Of a DNA stretch of 64,000 nt, positions 53,017 through 64,000 are shown one piece after another. Source of the stretch: Octopus sinensis (Eukaryota). The stretch spans positions 1-64,000 of the forward strand of contig NW_021836292.1 in NCBI RefSeq assembly GCF_006345805.1. Direction: 5' to 3'. Both the position numbers and the translations under genes were made by a program. Under the pieces are notes generated by a model that was given only the letters and a program-made list of their open reading frames with translations, was not told the origin of the DNA and did no database searches. Within the stretch, counting starts at the first letter, position 1. Every line of letters begins with the position of its first letter.

Positions 53017-54379
53017 CTATATATGTGTTTGATTTTTCTTTGAGTTTAATTTAAGCCCTCCTTGAGAGAGTTCAAGACGTTTGCTAACAACGCAACAAGA
53101 CTTTCTGAGTTAAGGGAGCTCCCAGTGTTTGGAAATGTGTGGTTGGATGTGTTGTTTGAACTGTCGATGCACACACCGAAATGTGTGCATCTATTCACAT
53201 GAGAATCTCACATGGAGAATTTTTGAAATATCTTACAAATCTTCACTGTACCACTGACATATTGGATGTGGAGAAACCACATCAGTTCCTTTTCTTTGTC
53301 CGTGAAAACGAGTATTTCTGAGTTTGGGGGCAAATTTGTTGGCACATAACCTAGCAATAGGTACAAATGAGAATTCATAATCAGAGTACAAGAGCTTCAA
53401 GTTACACATTAATTCGCAATAAATGTTCTCTTTTTCCCGGACTTTTTACTGAACATTTATATCTGCTGGACAGCTGACCCCTACAACAGCACATATCTTC
53501 TATTCTCTGTCCTACAGAACTATATCAGGCTTGTTATGCTTGTGCCGAATTGATATTTTTATTAGAGTGGTCCATCAGTGTTTCTTGTTTTTAAAGGTGT
53601 GGATACCTACTGGTTCTGACAGGCCTTTGATGTATACGTCAGGGCAATCCTTTCTGTGAGTATGTATGCATGTATGTAAATAACATTGTATGCATTTATA
53701 TGTATATATACGTAGGTTGTGTATGCACAAACACACACACACACACGCACACATACACACAAACACAAAACACACATACACAAAACACGCACACACACAC
53801 ACAAAACACACACACACAAACACACACATATATATATATATATATATATGTACGTATGATACATGTGTAAATATATGTGCGTTAGTATGTGCTCGTAATA
53901 TCTTTTAATTTAGATATTAATAACATTTTATTACGATATTTATTAATATTTCTCGCGTATAATTTACCTTCATTACTTATTCGTTTCTAAAGCTATCTCG
54001 TATGAATTCATCTGTGCGTTTTTATATATTGTAGTAATATTTACGTAATAATCGGTGTTATTTTAATGTATTCTGCCTCATTATACATTGAGTTAGCTTG
54101 TGTTTGAAATCCTACTTTGTATCTTTAATTGCTGTTTCTTTTATATTTTCCCTCCTAGTAAATCATAAACTCGTTATATAATTCCATTATTGTTTATGGC
54201 GAGGGACACGAGTTTAGGGCTAATTTTTTTCTCACTCAACTTTTCACTTATTAGATTTGATATTTTATTATAAATTTAAATATTGATAAATAAATATTAT
54301 GTACTTTCCTAACGTGGACTCCTGATAATTATATATTTACGTTGTTTTATTTATTCTTTATTTTACCTTCCGTCTTTTT

Positions 54380-54905
54380 TGTCACGTCCTGTGGAGTTTC
54401 ATACAGAGCTGTCAATCAAATAACTCCATTCCTTTGAATTGGGAGTAAGGTTTATATAAAACACATACTGTGAGTTACATTATAAAGGAAACAAGGATAC
54501 CAGATTCCTAAGGGAAAGTGACAAGGCCGTTAAGACGAAAGGAACAGTAGTGTGGGATGTAAGTAAACCTGAAGAGTAGATTCGTCTTTCGACTAGACAT
54601 GTTTCTTCTGTCCAGGAATAAAAATCAATCATTGGGTCGAACTTACAATAATCTGGGAGGATAGGCACGATACTTCTCACCAGCTGAAGAAAACCAACTA
54701 TCACGACTTGGTCGACGAGAGAGGCACGCGGCGTCATTCCCTATAGAATTCAGCTGGCAAGGCTTTCCAACATGGTCAGTGCGGTATTTCCTGCAGAAGA
54801 TTGGTCTGGAACCCAAATAAGTGAAGAAAGCCAGCAAGGAGATAGGCACTGCATATGAAGCTAGCTCAAGGTGGCTGCTGCTGACAAGAGACCGCAAGCG
54901 TAACA
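54380..54905. mobile_element. Possible solo LTR (526 bp)
   Basis: TG..CA ends with a 6/7 terminal inverted repeat (TGTCACG/CGTAACA); GC-richer than flanks; no TSD found. Confidence 0.4.
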
Positions 54906-55134
54906 CATTGCTATTATTATTTCATATATGCACAACAGACTAAATTGTCGGAAAAGAAAATGTCCTAACATACGCACAACACATTAAACTATTCGAAAAG
55001 AAAAGTAACTAGAATCCAAGACCCTTCTTAAGTATTAGGATGTGTCACCTGAGTAGAGATCTACTTTCTATTTCTTCATGCTATAGCTAATTAACTCTCT
55101 ACATTTCTTCATGTTATAGCTAATTAACTCTCTA

Positions 55135-56060
55135 TTATTATTATCCTGATCATTATTATTTTTCTTTTTATCTCAGCTTTTAGTGAAACTTCTTGAGTCT
55201 TGCATGCGTAGCGGGCTTGCTGCCTGTAGCCTAGGGTACCATGCTATCTGTTATTTTCAACTATCTAATACTTTCCTGGTTATTCTGGCCATGCCAAGGA
55301 GGCAAACCTTTTGTAACAGTTCTACTTGGCATTCTATTCCGATTTCCTTGACGACCTAAGGACGCAACAGTAATTGGCACTATCGTTACCTTCTTCATTT
55401 TCCATAGCTGGGCTATTTCGTACTGAAGAGGATTGTATTTATCTTCCTTCTTGACTATTCGTGAGTCAAAGGGACACACAACATCAACTGCATAGCACAT
55501 ATGGTTCATCTTGTCGACCACCACTAGGTTTGGTCTGTTATGTTCTAGCACCTGATCTGTTTGGATTGGGAAATCTCAGAGGATTTTGCAAGTCTCCGAC
55601 CACGCTACCCACTGCGATTTCTGCTCTTGCTTCTCTCTAGCCTCTACTTCTCGCACAATTTCCCGTGTAGCACTTTCGCTATCTCATCGTGTCGCCACAA
55701 CTTGTCGTGGTTTTGCGAAAGTCTTGGGTATTCGCTCATATGGGCAATGGTTTCGTCCAATCTATTACTGATGCGGCAGAGTGGAGACACTTGCTCATTC
55801 CTAAGGTTGATTCCCCAGTTCGTGGCCAAAGCTTGGTCTTCCTCTGCCGGTACCGTGCTCTCAGGCTCTTTTATCAATGTTCCTTCCTTCAGCCAATCCC
55901 ACCCATTTTCTCCAGCAACTACAGGTGCGGCTACATGGAACTGATTGGGTAGTCTTTCGTTGTGTAATGCTTCTTCGTGCCCTTTTTTGTAATTCTTCCT
56001 TTGATTTTCCTTTTCCCTTTGCTTTCAATACTCCCTCATTCCTAACTGACACTAGCAAGC
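55135..56060 (-). mobile_element. R4/Dong-like LINE 3' part (zinc knuckle + restriction-like endonuclease), decayed
   Basis: CRISNRLDETIAH..WRHDEIAKVLHGKLC; HNRPNLVVVDK..VDVVCPFD..KYNPL..VPI; (ATA)n-like tail at about 55135-65. Confidence 0.85.
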
Positions 56061-56124
56061 TTTCCTTACTTTGAGATAGGTATTTCATTAAGGTCCCGAG
56101 TTCGATACGTACACAAACAATCAT

Positions 56125-56480
<356 letters not shown>

Positions 56481-56505
56481 TAGAAGCCGTTGTTGTTGCT
56501 GTTGT

Positions 56506-56835
56506 TTAATTGCTCACGGTCGCAAAAATATACTCCCATCGAATTCCGCTGTAGCACTCCTTCCTGATCTTTTTCATACTAGCATGTTGAATGCCAGAGC
56601 CCTCATTTATTCCGATGTATATGTAAGTTTGTTCCTGCTCGAGTTCTTTTATTACTGAATGTGAATGTGAGGTCTTCGGTTTCCTTTTCTGGAAAGTGGC
56701 CTTGGCACATTTATCAAGACCAAATTCCATCCCAATGTCATCAGTGAATGTTTTCACAGTACGTAGTAGTCTTTCATGCTCATTATCATCTTTGCCATAG
56801 AGTTTTAAGTCATCCATATAAAATAGATGACTTAT
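56506..56835 (-). mobile_element. R4/Dong-like LINE RT fragment
   Basis: KISHLFYMDDLKLYGK..FTDDIGMEFGLDKCAK. Confidence 0.85.
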
Positions 56836-57415
56836 TTTCTTTGTCCACTTAGAATTTTCTTTAGATCGAGTAGCCCATCCCACTCAAAAAGGTCCCTAAT
56901 GCATAGCATCCAGCAAAATGAACGCAGAAAAATTACAATTGCTTGTATCGTACGTGTGTACAGTTGGTTTGTTTGTTCGCATCGCCTGCTCTCTCATAGA
57001 GTACTAGTTTAGAGACAGACTATACCAAAAATAAGCTCAATAGGTAGTTTACTTAACAAGCAATAGTAATTTTTCCTGTGTCCATTTTTCTGGACGCTAT
57101 GCATTAATGGGGTAAAGATGTTGAACGAAACACCCACGTTTCCAGAGGTGAATTATTCAAACGTCAAAGAATTACTCTCAACACATGGCTATGATGCTCT
57201 CCCGTTACTCTTGCTCGTGATCAGAAATGAGTATATCGTTAGCCACTAAGGGACATGCTCAAATGGTTAAGGTCAAGCAATTGACAAGCAAATCTGTGGT
57301 ATTCAGCAGAATATTTGCTGTAGTGCATCTTTTATACCAAGACAAAACATGTACATGATAACACTGTCATCCAGTTAAACTCAGAGCCACTGCCTGATAA
57401 TTATTATCATCATCA

Positions 57416-57498
<83 letters not shown>

Positions 57499-57674
57499 TG
57501 CGTTGTTGTTTTATTTTATACGAGCTGTTACAAGTTATACCCACAGACATCGAATAACAGCCAGATGAACGTCTTACTATGGCTGCTATTTATAAATTGA
57601 CAATGGTATATGGTAGACGAAGCAGACAAGACTTTGAGAACTAGTTGTAAGATTTCGTTAAATTTATATTTCGC

Positions 57675-57719
<45 letters not shown>

Positions 57720-58358
57720 TTATCATCATCATCAACATCATCATCATTAATATTATTGAGAGAGAGTGCAGTGCATGCCATCAAAGTGACACTGGGATGA
57801 AATATGCAAAGCCTAGTACACCCATCATGACTACCCGTCTGATAAGAGTACACCAGGTACATACATCCCAACTATGTACGTGACACTGCACCAGGGAGTT
57901 GTTGTTCTTGTTCTTGTTATTGATTACCAGAATAAGAAGTGTCTCATAAGTATATTGAATTTTACTGAAATCATTTAATTGTTTATACTCAATTACTGTG
58001 CTGGTGTTTAGGGGGTGTGTTTAGGGTAACTAAGTGTATTGGCATCTATTTGTTGTGGATTGATGATATGCTCAAGGAGAAGTGTTCGCTAATTTAATTG
58101 TGCAAATGGACGGTTGATCTCGAGGACTGTAGTATGATCGTCCAGACAAATAAATTATTTTCCAGTTAGATACAACAAATTTGTCTTGATGGATACATCT
58201 CATAAAAATCTTCGCTCATGAATTTAAATAGTTGTTGTGGCTTTTCAACTTTTGTCTGATCATGTAGCTTGTCCACCACACAGAGGCTGCATTTCTTTTA
58301 TCCATCCATAGATGGCTTGCACACACACACACAGCTATATATATATATATAGAAAGAG

Positions 58359-58668
<310 letters not shown>

Positions 58669-59783
58669 CGATCGGCTTAAAAATGTGTTTAACGTTTAGA
58701 AATAAAAAGGCACTATTCATGATCTTTTGTGTGACCTCTAAGCCCGGTTGGAGAAAAGATAAAAGTTATCCTTAAACTGGCAATCTAGCCCAAAATACTT
58801 GTAACAGATTAGACCTCGTGAAAGTCACTTAATGGCCAGTTGCCGAGGTTATCTCCTGCAACCAATTGACTATACCACCCAACAATTTGTAAGATCCGTC
58901 TGCTATCAGCTTCAGCACAATTTGCGACTGTCCTAGATTCAAACACAGCTTTTGATCGACCTGAGACCATAATAGAAGGCATTCACTCAAGATGTCTTGC
59001 AGTGAGCCTGAACTTAGAACTTCTTACCCACAAAGCAAAATTCTTGATCATACGGTTATGCTTGCATTATCTTATCTATGAATTCTATCAAATATGCATT
59101 GCATTTTGGAACTATATAAAATTACGTGAATTACGTTGTTTAGTTTTGAGAATGAATTGAGAAATGAATAATGATATATATTTATCAAGTTTAGGCCATT
59201 ACTACCGTAGGTTTAGACCATTGCTTCTATGTGGTACTACAATACGCTATTAGTGTTTTTTTTTTTTCTCGTTGGGTAAAATTATCATTAATAAATATAA
59301 TCCTTGTTACGAAAGTTGATACGTCTGAATATCAAAATATTATTTAGATTACCGTTTTGCATTGAAAATTATATAGAATAACGGTTCTCAAATTTTGATT
59401 TTTGCTTGTAGCTACCAGAACCATCATCAGTGTGTTGACTGTACGAAATGTAGAATAAATTATGGCCTTTGATTGTTCAGTTTATTAGAAAGTTGCATAT
59501 CATAACTGCTAAATTGAAATAACATCACAGAGTTGTTTTCAATATAAAAGAAGATAAGAATACTAAATTACACATAGAAAGTGATATTATCTTTACCAAT
59601 ATGAATTCAGATTGGTTTTATTAGTTTGTTATTTTTGTCCGTTTCTTTTATATTATTGAATTTCAGTCTTGATCTTTGAGAACTTAATGTGTTATAAACA
59701 TCTTCTCCAAGCATATCAAAAGGATCGTTTCATATCTGTATTAAAATAACTAAATCATTCAAAATCATATGTGATCGCTCTAC

Positions 59784-60262
59784 CTGCTTGAAATAGCAGT
59801 CAAATCACTCTCAATCTACGCTCTACGGTCTTTAAAATCAAGAACACATTGAACGAGCCATTCAGCGATCCTCTGTATGGTGTTCCAGCTTGGTAGGAAT
59901 GGCAGCTAAATCTCCCTCAAATCAATGAGGGGGCTTTAAACTAGTGGCATGAGCTAATAGAAATAACAGCTAACTCTCCTTTTAATCATACAAACCAATG
60001 ATGAAGCCTCTACATTCTCATTCGGTCTGCTAGTAATAGCAGTAAAGTCCCTCAGACCTCATGAGCCAACGATGGAGCTTCTATGTCTTCACTCAAACTT
60101 CAAGAAACACCAGCTAAACAACCCACAATTCCATGAGGATATATTTACAAGTTTTAACTGGCTAGAAACAACAACCAAATATTCCACAAGTCTCCAAGCT
60201 AGTGAAAGCACCTTTTGGTTGATGTTTAATCCGCTAGAAATAGCAGCCAAATTTCCCTCAAA
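59784..60262 (+). repeat. Diverged tandem array of GNRA-hairpin units (about 61-73 bp period)
   Basis: Seven copies of a CTGCTA-GAAA-TAGCAG-CCAAAT-like motif, with loops at 59790, 59896, 59960, 60033, 60104, 60165 and 60237. Confidence 0.6.
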
Positions 60263-62304
60263 CTACAGCCTATATTCATAACAAAACTTACATTGGATAA
60301 CGTAGTTTGGAGTGCATCGTTCTTAAAAATAACTTGGGATGGTTGCGGTTGGGAAAATTTTGGTCATACATCTACTAAATGATGGATCTCTTAAAAGCTT
60401 AAAAAAATTACAACAGCTAAAAGAAAGGTAGATAATTAGTTAATATAACCCGGAATAAAATAACAATATGATCACGATTATAATGCCTATGAATGTGGAT
60501 TTGCTGTATCAAGGCTGATCCGGAGATTAACAGCATCAAATGAGTATAGATTAGATAATGTAGTGTTAGATACAAATATACATTTTCCTAAATGAAAGTT
60601 ATGATGGTCGCAGCTGGAACACTTTTGATATGCCTGTTAAATGAAGGCTGACTTGGGTTGAGAAGTATCAATTTACAGAGATACAACTTGTGATAATTAG
60701 TATGCTAGAATTCTTAAAATTACAAGTCTAATTTTCAAACTACTATTTACTCTGATTATTCTAGCTAAAACGAATATTAGCGTTAACAGCAAATATATTC
60801 CAGATAATATAATACTACAATTAAGCTAATTCTGCTGTTAATTTATTGGTTTTTTACTTCCATATCTAACAAAAAAATTGTCATACATTTTAACTTTTGT
60901 CATTATTATCCCTCAATTACCAAATTCCTTTTAATGGTGATATTGTAGGGATTTCATATATTGAATTGTCAACAGACTAAGCTTCCCTAATTTCACGACG
61001 TCTCCACAGAGATGATCAAGAATTTTATCATTAAAAAACTGGAAGGTTCCAAAAAGAACTCCATAGTAGTTTTAAGGAATCTAATTTTAAATATCGGTTA
61101 ATACTGAAGATGTAGCCAGACTTTTTATATTTTAATAGGACATTTACCTGTTCTTACGTAAAATGAATTACATCACCAGAAGAGACTGTCTTTCATTTTA
61201 GTTTTTATTTAGTTATTTTTTCAAATATTGCCTTAAAACTGAATATATTCTAACATGAATTAAAAGCTAAGAACAATTTAACACGTGATTCTATTTATAA
61301 TGATACAAATATATTTTTAAGCCTTTTAAATTATTCCTGCGAATAAAGTGTGCCTAATATTTTAACTTCATTTTCTGTATTCCTAAATTTGTTCACGTAT
61401 ATAAGCAAGACTTTGTATAATTAGTAAAACACATCTTTGAATAACCTACAACATCAAAAAGGTCACCTTATTCTTATTATATAGCATTTCCTTATCAAAT
61501 GGTTCAACAGCATTAACAGAAACACACGATTGAAGAAATTTACTGTTTGATATTATAGTATAATGAGCCTCTGTATCCAGACACTTACTCTTGCGGGTCA
61601 TTACTTTCACCAAACACACTACTGTGACATCCAGGTATTATCAATAAGCATACATACTAGAAGATCTCTGCTCACATTTGATAGCTTCTGCTAGATTAAA
61701 ATGATTATCAAGAGTACTTTGACGTATAAATGGGCAATAAAGTACCTTCTGGAAAAAGGAAGTTATTACATTACTAATTCAATAACCTACAAAGAAGTCA
61801 TGCAATGATGATGATCTTAGCCTTTCTAGAAGCATTAAGGACTGCAAATTTGATAATCTAAAAAAAATTATAGATAGGTTAAACCAATAGGACTAAAAAT
61901 GACTGTAGACTAATATATCACTGTTAATTTTTCAAACATTATAAATTTAAGCGCTACTGCCGAACAGTCATTTATAAAACAATACATTAACAAAAATCCC
62001 AAGAAAATGACCAAATTCTTTATTATAAACATTAGCATATACTTATGGAGAATCTCTTCAGACTTAGCCACTTTCAACAACGCTGCTCACAATAACAATA
62101 AAACGCACACAGCAAGTAGTGTCAATGGAAAAATTCAGTTATACAGATAAAACACTCATCAACGCAGGATACGTAAAATTATTTAGTTCATCCAAGAGAA
62201 ACTAATTCTCTAACACACGCATGTTGCCATAAAATAATCAACGAATAATACCAGATGAAGCTCAGATGCATACCTAATTTAGACGTCGTCATCAGAAACA
62301 AAAT

Positions 62305-62465
62305 GATCAACGGCATTTCTTCTAGATGTTTACGTTCTTAGTTCAAATCCAACCGAAGTCAACTTTTATCCTTTCGGGATAAAATAAAGTATCAGTCAAG
62401 CACTGGAGTTAATGTAATCGACAAGCGCCTTCTAAAGATATTGCTGGCCTTGTACCAAAATTAGA
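62305..62465 (+). mobile_element. Family B SINE, partial
   Basis: AGTTCAAATCCAACCGAAGTCAAC..GTAATCGAC. Confidence 0.65.
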
Positions 62466-62990
62466 AACAACTACTACTGCTGTTTTCATATATATACATT
62501 TTTTTAATTCAATTTTTTATGTAAATCGTTTTATAGTTTCTGATTTTAATTTTGTAGACTTCAAAGATATTCCCCGCCGCCATTATTATTTCGCCCTGCA
62601 CCACGTCTATTTGTTATAATTTATCTTTATTGTCGAGAACTTAATCCCCGTTTGGCACCATTCAATGTTTTCAGCATATACTACTGTTTACATCCAGAAA
62701 CATAATCATATTTTCTGCAGTATGAAGATAAAATTTATGGTTTATAATTTAGTTCGATAAGTACCAGAACAAAATCCTCGGTCATTGCTTTCCGCTAAAT
62801 AATATGTAAAAGAATGGAGTGGGGGCGTCAGTAAATTCACATATCCACGTTGCCGGAGATCAATGTAAAAAAAAGATAATAACGTCCACTATAAGTAATG
62901 GTATATTGAGATCTAATAACTGGTTATTGGTACTGCTAGAGCGAGGGAAAAAACATACAAACACCCACCCACTCATAAACACACACACGC

Positions 62991-63023
<33 letters not shown>

Positions 63024-63101
63024 ATATATATATGAATAGTATATGATATATAGAATATAGTATATATATATATATGAATAGTATATGATATATAGAATAT
63101 A

Positions 63102-63159
<58 letters not shown>

Positions 63160-63734
63160 TTATGTGTATTTGCAAATACATATAACATCATCAAAAGCCA
63201 AAGAGACGAAATAATAAATCAATAAATACTGTAAACAATAGATTTATGAGTGTCAATTAAGCAACCGACGAATAAAGCAACATAAAAGGTTAATAACATA
63301 AAAGAATGATAATTATCCACCTTTCAAGTAAGCAATAAATGGGTGTTGATGGCAGTTGTTGTCTTCAGGTCGGTGGAACACTTAATGGTGTCAGACAATG
63401 AAACGTATGTTAAAGATATTAACTATGAGCTACGTCAATGGGAAGTGTTTTAGTGTTAATAGCTGTTATCGCTTTCTGGGTGATTACACACTTGATGGTG
63501 TCTGTCACACTGAGGTACATGTATTAACGGCATTAGCGAACAAGCGGGTAGGTAGGTTTGTGGTGAATAAGGTGGAGTGGGAGGGGTAAATATTAGGTAG
63601 GGGTGTGGTTTATGGTAGTTCCTTATACATGTATTACATTTGCGTAAATGCATATATATATAAATATATATATATGTAAGTATGTATATATGCATATATA
63701 TATACATGCATATTCAGGTGCATTTATGCTTATA

Positions 63735-63773
<39 letters not shown>

Positions 63774-63841
63774 TATATATATACACATATTGACATACAC
63801 AAACAGACACACACAAAAACACACATATACCTGCGTACACA

Positions 63842-63881
<40 letters not shown>

Positions 63882-64000
63882 AACACACACACACACACAC
63901 ACAAGCGAGCACATAAGTACAAAACAAGGTGGGGAAATAGTACACGAATGACAAAGGAAGAGTAATATGATTTTTATTGAAGCTGCAAAATCGTTACAAA

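Noticed and set aside
53030-53400. PLE endonuclease remnant and 10-bp hairpin (53166-91)
   Set aside because: Only weak motif resemblance (VHRQ..SKH; GGLKLN); not enough to call by eye.
59784-60262. CRISPR array
   Set aside because: Repeats are highly diverged, spacers are partly related to each other, the context is eukaryotic and there are no cas genes.

Overview
AT-rich, microsatellite-dense eukaryotic DNA. It is most likely an octopus (coleoid cephalopod) genome, inferred from the SINE families, which resemble octopod repeats as I recall them; this was not database-checked. No intact host gene, rRNA, tRNA or CRISPR array is supported. Nearly all ORFs in the supplied track are simple-repeat artefacts. 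The only long real ORF is the reverse transcriptase of a 5'-truncated CR1-type LINE (22375-25778, minus), nested inside a non-autonomous Helitron. Other mobile DNA: two TIR-complete but dead mariners, a maT/Tc1-like fragment, a Chapaev3-like transposase remnant, R4/Dong-like LINE remnants, further Helitron-like elements, many tRNA-derived SINEs, a possible solo LTR, and a U6 snRNA pseudogene joined to a SINE. The standout signal is about a dozen type I hammerhead ribozyme (HHR) motifs. Four have an intact catalytic core (16882-16953 +, 33399-33449 -, 33606-33656 +, 44536-44594 -); the rest are variant or decayed. Most lie in Penelope-like (PLE) or retrozyme-like fold-back structures next to (TA)n tracts. 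In one, a 464-nt permuted unit, the inverted copy starts at the predicted self-cleavage site. All folds and alignments were done by eye.
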